Positions 44,648 to 52,599 of a stretch of DNA of 64,000 nt are shown piece after piece. The position numbers and the translations under genes are program-made. Below the pieces are notes generated by a model. That model saw only the letters and a list, made by a program, of their open reading frames with translations, was not told the DNA's origin and did not search any database. The DNA is taken from assembly GCA_963765825.1 (NCBI GenBank), contig CAVXXU010000001.1, forward strand, positions 26,801 through 90,800, given 5' to 3'. The DNA is from an uncultured Acidobacteriaceae bacterium. Lineage in GTDB: Bacteria; Acidobacteriota; Terriglobia; Terriglobales; Acidobacteriaceae. Each line of letters begins with the position of its first letter. Position 1 is the stretch's first letter.

Positions 44648-44708
44648 TTCGCTGATCCATCGGCTTGTCGCTCAGGAGAGCTGTCTGGATTGAGATGCCG
44701 ACCCCTCC

Positions 44709-45707
44709 ATGAAGGCTTTCGTCACTGGTGCCACCGGATTTCTCGGATCGCACGTTGCCCGCGCTCTTGCCGATGAGGGCGCGGACCTGCGGCTGCTGGT
44801 GCGTCCTACGAGCAATTTGCGGAACCTTGAAAACCTTCGAGCTGAGACTGCAACTGGAGATCTTCGCGATTGCCCATCACTGGAAAAAGCCATGGCTGGG
44901 TGCGACACGGTGTTTCACGTGGCGGCTGACTACCGGCTGTGGGTGCGGGATCCGGAGGAGATGTACCGGTCGAACGTGGAGGGAACGCGGGCGATTCTGG
45001 AGGCGGCGCGAAAGAATGGCGTGCGGCGCGTGGTGTACACGTCGAGCGTTGCGACTGTGGGATTTACTGGCAATGGACATTCTGTTGGACGACCGGCGGA
45101 TGAAGATTCTCCGGTATCTCTCGGCGACATGATTGGGCATTACAAGCGGTCGAAGTTCATGGCGGAGCAGGTGGCGCTCGAGGCGGGACGCAGCGGGATG
45201 CATGTGGTGACTGTGAATCCGACGACGCCGGTGGGGGAGCAGGATGTGAAGCCGACGCCTACGGGGAGGATTGTCCTCGACTTTCTCAAGCGGAAGTTTC
45301 CTGCTTATGTGGACACTGGATTGAATCTGGTCGACGTAAGAGAATGCGCGCAGGGACACATGGCAGCGCTGGAAAAAGGACGGACGGGCCAGCGCTACAT
45401 TCTGGGCGGGGAAGATCTGACTCTCAAGCAGATTCTGGACAAGCTAGGCGAGATCACGGGGCTGCCGTCGCCGAGGGTGAAGTTGCCCTATTTTTTCGCG
45501 TTTGCTACCGGGGTCATCGACGAGGCTTTTACCGGGAGACTCTTGAAGCGCGAGCCGCGCGCCACGGTTGACGCGGTGCGCATGGGCAAGAAAAAAATGT
45601 TTGCGAGTTCGGCTAAGGCGCAGCGCGAGTTAGGTTGGAAGATTGTTCCGGTCGAAGGTGCGCTGCGGAGAGCGGTGGAGTGGTTCAAGAGCAACGGCTA
45701 TGTCTAG
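44709..45707 (+). CDS. hpnA: hopanoid-associated NAD-dependent sugar epimerase/dehydratase HpnA
   Basis: 332 aa. MKAFVTGATGFLGSHVARAL, FHVAADYRLW, SDR-type YKRSK. Confidence 0.85.
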   Translation: MKAFVTGATGFLGSHVARALADEGADLRLLVRPTSNLRNLENLRAETATGDLRDCPSLEKAMAGCDTVFHVAADYRLWVRDPEEMYRSNVEGTRAILEAARKNGVRRVVYTSSVATVGFTGNGHSVGRPADEDSPVSLGDMIGHYKRSKFMAEQVALEAGRSGMHVVTVNPTTPVGEQDVKPTPTGRIVLDFLKRKFPAYVDTGLNLVDVRECAQGHMAALEKGRTGQRYILGGEDLTLKQILDKLGEITGLPSPRVKLPYFFAFATGVIDEAFTGRLLKREPRATVDAVRMGKKKMFASSAKAQRELGWKIVPVEGALRRAVEWFKSNGYV

Positions 45708-46419
45708 AGTCGCAATTGTGGCTGCGCTGGAGTGGGAGGTGCGTCCGCTGGTCAACTCGTGGGGCGTGAGCGAGAGGGAATTCAGCGGGCGGCGCTTTCT
45801 TTTTTTCGAGTACGGCGAAGTGGTTTTGGTGTGCGGCGGAATTGGAGCGGAAGCGGCGCGGCGTGCGACGGAGGCGGTGATCGCGCTATACACGCCGGGC
45901 GTGGTTTATTCGGCGGGCTTTGCGGGAGCGCTCGATCCGATGCTGAAAGTTGGAGACGTGCTGCAGCCGCGGCGCGTGGTGAATGCGAACGATGGAAGCA
46001 GCTTGACCCTTGAACAGGGCGAAGGCGAGCTGGTGAGTTTCGGTTCAGTTGCGAGCGCGGCGCAGAAGGGGAGTTTGAGAGAGTCGTTTCAGGCGCAGGC
46101 AGTCGACATGGAAGCGGCTGCGGTGGCGCGAGCGGCGGAGGCGCGGGGCGCGGAATTCGCGGTGGTGAAGGTGATTTCGGATGAATTCGATTTCGACTTT
46201 CCTGCAATGGAGCGCTTTGTCGATTCCAACGGACGATTTCTAGAAGGCGGATTCGCTTGGTACACCGCGCTGCGTCCCTGGCTGTGGCTGAAATTGGCGC
46301 GGCTGGCGCGGAATAGCCGTCGCGCCTCGCTGGCGCTTTGTGAGCGGCTGCGAATAATCACGGGAGCAAATTGCGAATCTTCCGGCGTTCATAATATGGG
46401 AGCAGCGAACCGGCGATGA
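45700..46419 (+). CDS. hpnG: hopanoid-associated phosphorylase/nucleosidase HpnG (PNP/UDP-1 fold)
   Basis: MSRVAIVAALEWEVRPLV...VDMEAAAVA. ATG 45700 overlaps the hpnA stop (ATGTCTAG). Confidence 0.8.
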   Translation: MSRVAIVAALEWEVRPLVNSWGVSEREFSGRRFLFFEYGEVVLVCGGIGAEAARRATEAVIALYTPGVVYSAGFAGALDPMLKVGDVLQPRRVVNANDGSSLTLEQGEGELVSFGSVASAAQKGSLRESFQAQAVDMEAAAVARAAEARGAEFAVVKVISDEFDFDFPAMERFVDSNGRFLEGGFAWYTALRPWLWLKLARLARNSRRASLALCERLRIITGANCESSGVHNMGAANRR

Positions 46420-46554
46420 TCGCGACAACCTGGCGCATCACATTGCAAAGATAGTTCGATCGCAGCAATGTTTAGTTGGCAGATTGGATACGTGTGGGAA
46501 AGTTCCCGGTTGGCTTCATCTATAATCGCGGAAGGCGTTCTCCAGAAAAAAACG

Positions 46555-47274
46555 ATGCATTGTTTCCCCTTGCTAGCAGTGTTTGTCGGCGGCGAAATCG
46601 TCGACATGATTTCCAACATGGGCGCGGTCGCCAGGCTGGTTTTGCTGGCGCTACTGGTGTTCAGTCTCATCTCGTGGGCAATCATCCTGACCAAATGGAG
46701 CTTGCTGCGGCGGGCGCGCGCGCAGAGTGGAAGGTTCGTGCGCGCGTTTCGCAAGGCGCAGCGCTTACAGGATATTGCGGCAGTGGCGGAGCAGTTCAAG
46801 CCCAGCCCACTGGTCGGCGTGTTCGAGGGCGGCTATGAGGAATATAAGCGGCAGGCGGGAACATTCGGCACGCTGCGGAACCTGGTGACGATCCAGCGGG
46901 GAATGCAGATCGGGGCGTCGGAGGAGATCACGCGGTTGGAGCGAAATCTTCCGTGGATTGCGATTACTGCCGCAGTGACGCCATTTGTAGGATTGTTTGG
47001 AACCGTCTGGGGAATTATAGATGCGTTTCACGGGCTGGGGACGGCGGGAGCGGCGACGCTGCGCGCGGTTGCGCCCGGCATTTCGGAAGCGCTGATCACG
47101 ACTGCTGCGGGACTGGCGGCTGCGATTCCGGCGGTGATTGCCTATAACCTGATCGGCGCGTCGATCAAGGATCTCGCGGCGCGCAGCGACGATTTTGCGC
47201 TGGAGGTGCTGAATGCGGTGGAACATAGCCAGGCGCAGTCGCAAGCACAAGTTGCGAGTGAAGTGAGGCGCTGA
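46555..47274 (+). CDS. tolQ: Tol-Pal system protein TolQ (MotA/TolQ/ExbB proton channel)
   Basis: Three TM helices. Conserved AVAPGISEALITTAAGLAAAIPAVIAYN. Start ATG 46555 or 46606. Confidence 0.85.
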   Translation: MHCFPLLAVFVGGEIVDMISNMGAVARLVLLALLVFSLISWAIILTKWSLLRRARAQSGRFVRAFRKAQRLQDIAAVAEQFKPSPLVGVFEGGYEEYKRQAGTFGTLRNLVTIQRGMQIGASEEITRLERNLPWIAITAAVTPFVGLFGTVWGIIDAFHGLGTAGAATLRAVAPGISEALITTAAGLAAAIPAVIAYNLIGASIKDLAARSDDFALEVLNAVEHSQAQSQAQVASEVRR

Positions 47275-47702
47275 TGGCATTCACGACTTCCAACGGGCGC
47301 ACGCAAACGGCGATGGCCGATATCAACATCACTCCGCTGGTGGACGTGGTGCTGGTGCTGCTGATTATTTTTATGGTGACGGCTCCGGTGCTGCAGTCGG
47401 GAATCGACGTGAGCGTGCCGAAGACGCGGACAGTGAAAGAGATCACCGAAGAGCGCACGGTGATCACGATTAATAAAGATCAGCGTGTCTTCTTGGGCAA
47501 TGACGCCATCAATATTAACGAGATTAAAACGAAGTTGCGGCAAAAGATTCGGGATCCCAGGAACCAGTTTATTTTTGTAAGGGCGGACGAGAATGTTCCG
47601 TTCGGAGCGTTCGCCACGGTGATGGACGCCGTGAAGCAGGCAGGCATTACGAACGTGAGCATTGTGACGCAACCGCTAGAGCAAAATGGCAGCAAACGCT
47701 GA
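47274..47702 (+). CDS. tolR: Tol-Pal system protein TolR (ExbD/TolR)
   Basis: 142 aa. INITPLVDVVLVLLIIFMV motif. ATG overlaps the tolQ stop codon (TGATG, 1-nt overlap). Confidence 0.85.
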   Translation: MAFTTSNGRTQTAMADINITPLVDVVLVLLIIFMVTAPVLQSGIDVSVPKTRTVKEITEERTVITINKDQRVFLGNDAININEIKTKLRQKIRDPRNQFIFVRADENVPFGAFATVMDAVKQAGITNVSIVTQPLEQNGSKR

Positions 47703-48480
47703 GATTTATTTCGAACATGACAGTTGGGGCCGGGCGTTGGCCTGGTCGGCTGGGCTGCATGTGGGAATCACGGCGGCGCTTCTGATCTATTCCGCGATCG
47801 TCATGGGGCCGAGCGGCGACACGTGGGGCGCGGGCGGAGGCGGCGAGGCGATTGGCGCAACGCTGGTGAGCACGGTGCCGCTGCCGGCGAATCCGGCGCA
47901 GACCAAGAACGTCCTGGCCAACGAGTCGAAAGGCGTGACGCAGTCGCAACCTAAGATCGAAGAGAAGCAGCCAGAGCCAGATGCGATCGAAATTCAGGGC
48001 AAGAACGCAAAGATAAAACCGAAGAAGAAACAGGAAACGGCTTCGAAGGAAAAGCCGCTGCCCGCGCCGGAGGAAGAGACGAATCAGGTTGCGTTCGGAG
48101 AAGGCGGGCCGGTTAGCGGGCCGTATGGAAGTTTCAGCGCTGCCGGGGCGAAGGGCGGATTTGGAATCACCGGGGGCGGCGGTGATTTCGGAACCAAGTA
48201 TGCGTGGTACGTCCACGTGATCCAGCAGAAGGTTTCGGAAAATTGGCTCAAGTACGAAGTGGATCCGAGAATCACGAGCGCGCAGCGGGTGTATATCACG
48301 TTCGACATTGCGCGTGACGGGCATCCTTCGAACGAGCGGATCGAGCAATCGAGCGGCGTTCCTTCGCTGGATATTTCGGCGGTGCGGGCGCTGCAGCGGA
48401 TTGATACTTTCGGTCCGTTGCCGCCGGATTATGCGGGCGGCAAGATTTCGGTGGAGTACTGGTTCGACTACAAGAAGTGA
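47686..48480 (+). CDS. tolA: TolA-like protein with TonB-type C-terminal domain
   Basis: 264 aa. N-terminal TM helix, charged/Pro-rich spacer, C-terminal domain (RVYITFDIARDGHPSNERIEQSSGVPSLD). Positioned between tolR and tolB. Confidence 0.7.
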   Translation: MAANAEIYFEHDSWGRALAWSAGLHVGITAALLIYSAIVMGPSGDTWGAGGGGEAIGATLVSTVPLPANPAQTKNVLANESKGVTQSQPKIEEKQPEPDAIEIQGKNAKIKPKKKQETASKEKPLPAPEEETNQVAFGEGGPVSGPYGSFSAAGAKGGFGITGGGGDFGTKYAWYVHVIQQKVSENWLKYEVDPRITSAQRVYITFDIARDGHPSNERIEQSSGVPSLDISAVRALQRIDTFGPLPPDYAGGKISVEYWFDYKK

Positions 48481-48652
48481 ACCTATAGCGTAAACAAGAT
48501 GCACTATTGACTGACTTTGTGCTGCGAGAACAGGGGCACAATGATGGGCATTCAGCGCAGTGAGTGGCGTGGAGAGAGAAGAAGAAACCTTGCAAAGCAA
48601 TTCCTATCGGGATACGATATTGTCTTACAACGTAATTTTCACCCCCACACGG

Positions 48653-50023
48653 ATGGACGAAAGCGATAGATCTGTTTCATGGTGTCGGTCAATAGGCGCG
48701 ATCGGGGCGCTGGTTTTGCTGTTGGCCTTCTGCAGTTATTCCACTCAAAGTTTCGCGCAGGATTGGGTTAAGACCGGGACGAGCCTGGGCGTGGAGAAGG
48801 TGCGCCTGGCGGTTCCAGATTTTAAACCGGCGAACGCCGATGCGCAGAATGCCGCGCTGCTCAAGACTTTCAACGACACGCTGTGGAACGACCTTGATGT
48901 GTCGGGCGTCGTCGAGCTGGTTTCCAAGAGTTTTTATCCTTTGCAGGTTCCCGGCCAGCCTACGGAAGTGAATAACTTGGCCTGGAATGCGCCTCCGCCA
49001 GATGCGGCGATGCTGGCTTTTGGGAATCTGGGCGTGGCCGGCGGGAAGCTCACGGTGCAGGGCTGGCTGTATGACGTAAAGAATTCGCAATCGCCGCAGG
49101 TTCTGGGCAAGCAGTATTCCGATGTGCCAAGCGACGCTGCGGCGCGAATGATGGCGCACAAGTTCGCCGATGAAATTATTTTTCGGTTGGGCGGCGGCGT
49201 TCAAGGCATTGCCGAGACACAGATTTATTTTGTGAGTGACCGGACGGGACACAAAGAAATCTGGGCGATGGATTATGATGGCTCGAATCAACACCAGATC
49301 ACGCATTTGGGATCGATCTCCTTGTCGCCGCGGATTTCGCCGGACGGGTCTCGTATAGCTTTCAGCAGCCTGACGAAAAGCGGCTGGGAGATTATGATGT
49401 ACTCTCTCGAACTGAACCGGCAGGTAAGTTTTCCGCACATGGGCGGAACGAATTTGTCGCCGGCGTGGTCGGGGGATGGCAGCAAGTTATCGTTTTCATC
49501 GTCGCGCGGGGGCGCGCCTGAAATTTATGTGTCCGATGTGTCTGGCGGAAATTTGCGTCGCATGACGACCGACAAAGGTCCGGATGTATCGCCATCGTGG
49601 AATCGGAAAACCAATGCGCAAATTGCATTCGTGAGCGGGCGGACGGGTCTGCCGCAGATTTATACGATGGAAGCGGACGGCACCAACCAGCAGCGCATGA
49701 CGGATCAGGGATATGCGGTATCGCCAAACTGGGCGCCCAACGGACAGTTTCTTGCGCTCGCATGGATCCGGAAGTACGGACCGGGAGAGCCGGGTTCGTC
49801 GGACATTTACCTGATGGATATTGCCAGCAAGCAGTGGGTGCAGTTGACCCACGACGGTGGGCGCAACGATTTTCCTTCGTGGTCGCCGGATGGACGGCAT
49901 ATTGTGTTTCAATCCAGCCGCTCGGGGAAGGAAGAAATCTGGACCATGCTGGCGAATGGAACCAAGGTTCAGCAGTTAACTTTTACCGGTCGTAACAGCC
50001 AACCGAATTGGAGTTGGAAATAG
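48653..50023 (+). CDS. tolB: Tol-Pal system beta-propeller protein TolB
   Basis: Signal peptide after ATG 48653. Repeated ...SP.WSPDG... blades (ISPDGSRIAFSS, SPAWSGDGSKLSF, FPSWSPDGRHIVFQS). Confidence 0.85.
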   Translation: MDESDRSVSWCRSIGAIGALVLLLAFCSYSTQSFAQDWVKTGTSLGVEKVRLAVPDFKPANADAQNAALLKTFNDTLWNDLDVSGVVELVSKSFYPLQVPGQPTEVNNLAWNAPPPDAAMLAFGNLGVAGGKLTVQGWLYDVKNSQSPQVLGKQYSDVPSDAAARMMAHKFADEIIFRLGGGVQGIAETQIYFVSDRTGHKEIWAMDYDGSNQHQITHLGSISLSPRISPDGSRIAFSSLTKSGWEIMMYSLELNRQVSFPHMGGTNLSPAWSGDGSKLSFSSSRGGAPEIYVSDVSGGNLRRMTTDKGPDVSPSWNRKTNAQIAFVSGRTGLPQIYTMEADGTNQQRMTDQGYAVSPNWAPNGQFLALAWIRKYGPGEPGSSDIYLMDIASKQWVQLTHDGGRNDFPSWSPDGRHIVFQSSRSGKEEIWTMLANGTKVQQLTFTGRNSQPNWSWK

Positions 50024-50084
50024 TAAATACACTTCGTCTGACCCATTGGGGGGCAAAGCCTTTGGGTCGCAGGAGGAAATAAAA

Positions 50085-50819
50085 GTGAATCAAAGAAGCA
50101 TGAAGTGGTTCGCACTCGTAATAATGCTGGGCGCCGTAATGATGCTGGGCGCCTGCAAGAAGAAAGCGACTCCGCCACCACCACCGCCGCCACCGCCGCC
50201 GCCGACGCCAACCGCATCGATTTCGGTGAGCCCCAGCAGCATCCAGGCGGGCCAATCAGCATCACTAACCTGGCAAACCAGCAATGCGACCGATGTGTCG
50301 ATCGACGGCATTGGCGCAGTGCAGCCCAACGGTTCGCAAAGCGTGTCGCCGACCGATTCGACGACTTATCACCTGACCGCCAAAGGATCGGGCGGGACGC
50401 AGGAGGCCACGGCGCGATTGACGGTAACGCAAGCGCCGCCGCCACCGCCGCCACCGCCATCGGTGACGGACGAAGACCTGTTCAGCCAGAACGTGAAGGA
50501 CGTTTACTTCGACTATGACAAGTCGGACATTCGTGGCGATCAACAGGCTTCGGTGCAGGCCGACGCGCAGTTCTTCGCGCAGCACACGAACATGAACTTC
50601 ACGGTCGAAGGGCACTGCGACGAGCGGGGATCGACGGACTACAACCTGGCGCTCGGCGACAAGCGTGCCAGCGCGGTGAAGGATGCGTTGACTTCGGCGG
50701 GCGTGAGTGCCAGCCGGATCAAAACCATCAGCTACGGCAAAGAAAAACCATTCTGCACGGAAAGCAACGAAGCTTGCTGGCAGCAGAACCGCCGCGGCCA
50801 TCTGGTCTATTCAAAGTAA
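50085..50819 (+). CDS. pal: peptidoglycan-associated lipoprotein Pal with inserted Ig-like domain flanked by polyproline linkers
   Basis: Lipobox MLGAC. OmpA-like domain EGHCDERGSTDYNLALGDKRA. AGGAGG lies 8 nt upstream of GTG 50085 (ATG 50100 is an alternative). Confidence 0.85.
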   Translation: MNQRSMKWFALVIMLGAVMMLGACKKKATPPPPPPPPPPPTPTASISVSPSSIQAGQSASLTWQTSNATDVSIDGIGAVQPNGSQSVSPTDSTTYHLTAKGSGGTQEATARLTVTQAPPPPPPPPSVTDEDLFSQNVKDVYFDYDKSDIRGDQQASVQADAQFFAQHTNMNFTVEGHCDERGSTDYNLALGDKRASAVKDALTSAGVSASRIKTISYGKEKPFCTESNEACWQQNRRGHLVYSK

Positions 50820-50826
50820 GGAATGC

Positions 50827-50860
50827 GGGGACGCCGCGAAGGCGTCCCCGTGTTGTAATT
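50827..50860 (+). terminator. candidate intrinsic terminator after pal
   Basis: GGGGACGCC-gcgaa-GGCGTCCCC, followed by gtgttgtaatt. Confidence 0.5.
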
Positions 50861-51019
50861 GCAGCGAATTTCGCATTGGTGTGCGCTGAAACCGGCAAAA
50901 CGCGTGGAGAAGGACATATTTCCCTGTTGCGTCTTAGGATTCCGGGGAACGCCTGTGCATGTGAATACTTCCTGCCTGTGGGACAATCATTGCATCTAAA
51001 ATAGAGGCGGGTTCAGGGA

Positions 51020-51871
51020 ATGCTTATGAAACTACATCGCAACTCCGCATGGTTGGCACTGCCGCTGGCGCTCGCGCTGGGATCGGCTCCGGCTTGGGGC
51101 GTCAACAAAGACATGATCCAGTTGCAGACGCAGGTGCAGCAACTGCAGGAGCAAATGACGGCCATGCAGCGCAGCTTCGATGAGCGCATGGGCGTGATGA
51201 AGAACCTGGTCGAGCAGGACACCGACGCCGTGAACAAAGTGGCGAATGCCCTGAACGGACTGCAGGCGACCCTGCAGAAACAGCAGAGTGAGGGAGGGTC
51301 GAAGGCTGATCAACTTTCGGGTCAGATCCAGTCGCTCAACGATACTTTGGATGAGCTGAAGGTGCGGCTAGCGAAAGTGAGCAAGCAGCTCGAGGACATG
51401 CAGGCGGCGCAGCAGAGCGCGAGCGCTCAACAGGCGACGCAGCAAGCGCAACAGCAGGCGATGGCACAGGCCCCGGCACCAGACGTGCTGTACAACAACG
51501 CGCTGCGCGATTACAACGGCGGCAAGAACGATTTGGCTTTGCAGGAGTTTTCGGATTACGTGAAGTTTTATCCCAACACCGATCTGGCAGGGAACGCTTA
51601 TTTTTATCTAGGGGAAATTCAGTTCCGGCAGGGAAATTTCCAGCAGGCGGCGCAGACTTATGACCAGGTGCTGCAGAATTTTCCCAGCGGGAACAAGGCT
51701 GCGTCGGCGGAGCTGAAGAAGGGTTTTTCGTTAATCGAACTGGGCAAGCAGGATGACGGGGTCAGCGAGTTGCGACATTTGATCCAGCGATATCCGCACT
51801 CTCCAGAGGCGTTGCAGGCGCGGGAGCGGTTGCGGAAATTGGGAGTTTCGAGTTCGGGCAGGAATTCGTAG
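51020..51871 (+). CDS. ybgF: Tol-Pal system protein YbgF/CpoB (coiled coil + TPR)
   Basis: 283 aa. Signal peptide, Gln-rich coiled coil, TPR region YNNALRDYNGGKNDLALQEFSDYVKFYPN. Confidence 0.8.
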   Translation: MLMKLHRNSAWLALPLALALGSAPAWGVNKDMIQLQTQVQQLQEQMTAMQRSFDERMGVMKNLVEQDTDAVNKVANALNGLQATLQKQQSEGGSKADQLSGQIQSLNDTLDELKVRLAKVSKQLEDMQAAQQSASAQQATQQAQQQAMAQAPAPDVLYNNALRDYNGGKNDLALQEFSDYVKFYPNTDLAGNAYFYLGEIQFRQGNFQQAAQTYDQVLQNFPSGNKAASAELKKGFSLIELGKQDDGVSELRHLIQRYPHSPEALQARERLRKLGVSSSGRNS

Positions 51872-52028
51872 GCGGTACCTCAGCGGCTAAAGCCGGCATC
51901 ATTTCGGATCGCTTACGGCGCGTCTGAAGCCGCGCCCTTTCAAACAAGGCCGACGCCCTTTCAAAGCAAAGCCAGCACCCTTTCAAAACAAAGGTGCGAC
52001 CTTTTACGGCAAAGCCGACCCCTTTGAG
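51868..52028. repeat. REP-like family C with about 5 degenerate ~21-bp tandem modules (..CGCCCTTTCAAA..)
   Basis: cctcagcggctaaagccg...cgcttacggcgcg...gaagccgcgccctttcaaacaagg/ccgacgccctttcaaagcaaag/ccagcaccctttcaaaacaaagg/tgcgaccttttacggcaaag/ccgacccctttgagac. Confidence 0.8.
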
Positions 52029-52038
52029 ACTGAGTGCT

Positions 52039-52218
52039 TTAGATTGAGCGGTGGTGGGCACGCTTGGCATGATGGTGCCTGGCGGCTTTGTGGGCGTGAT
52101 GACGCTGGGCGCGCTGATGAGTCGCCCTTGCGGGGATCAGGCGAGCTTCTGAGGGAGCGGCCAGCGCCAAGGTTGCGGCAAAAAGGATTAAGCCCAGTAC
52201 CGATAAGCAGCGTTTCAT
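52039..52218 (-). CDS. 59-aa secreted His/Arg/Ala-rich peptide (not in the supplied ORF track, below the 60-aa cutoff)
   Basis: Hand translation gives MKRCLSVLGLILFAATLALAAPSEARLIPARATHQRAQRHHAHKAARHHHAKRAHHRSI. GGAG lies 9 nt upstream of the ATG. Clean signal peptide with an ALA-A cleavage context. Confidence 0.45.
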   Translation of the reverse strand: MKRCLSVLGLILFAATLALAAPSEARLIPARATHQRAQRHHAHKAARHHHAKRAHHRSI

Positions 52219-52318
52219 ATACCTATTCTCCGCCGACGTTCTCCTACTTTATATCTATATTCATGGGAAAGCTCCAGAGATAAAGTGGGGTTGTAAGATT
52301 GATGGGCGAGGTTCATCG

Positions 52319-52519
52319 ATGCCAGAAAACAGACCCGATCAGGATGCGGCGAAAGGTGCCACCGAGACTGAAGACCACAAAGATGCGGGCAATGTCGGCC
52401 TGCAGGAGCAGATTGGGCATCGCGATCAGGACCCGAATTTAAAGGATGCAGACTCCGATTTTCCCGAACCTGGGAATAATCCCGAACACAGCGGCGAACC
52501 GGAAAGCAAAACGGCGTAA
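52319..52519 (+). CDS. 66-aa highly acidic hydrophilic protein
   Basis: GAGG lies 7 nt upstream of the ATG. Followed about 30 nt later by a strong hairpin plus T-run. Composition rich in D/E/P/N/H. No family recognised. Confidence 0.4.
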   Translation: MPENRPDQDAAKGATETEDHKDAGNVGLQEQIGHRDQDPNLKDADSDFPEPGNNPEHSGEPESKTA

Positions 52520-52552
52520 ACGATTTGCCGGGAGTCAAGCAGATATAAAGCG

Positions 52553-52582
52553 AGGCCCTCTCGTTGGAGAGGGCCCTTTTTT
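52553..52582. terminator. strong hairpin + T6; terminator for the 66-aa ORF, possibly bidirectional for korB
   Basis: ggccctctc-gttg-gagagggcc, followed by cttttttg. Confidence 0.65.
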
Positions 52583-52599
52583 GCGTCTTCTAAGAGGCG

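Noticed and set aside
51868-52028. Possible CRISPR array, given regularly spaced CCCTTTCAAA-containing units.
   Set aside because: The units are about 21 bp, contiguous and degenerate, with no unique spacers. No cas genes are in the window. The same blocks occur singly elsewhere as REP-like elements.
52215-52538. 107-aa minus-strand ORF overlapping the acidic 66-aa ORF.
   Set aside because: It has no SD and an odd composition. It is antisense to an ORF that has both an SD and a terminator, and it would read through the promoter region of the His-rich peptide gene.
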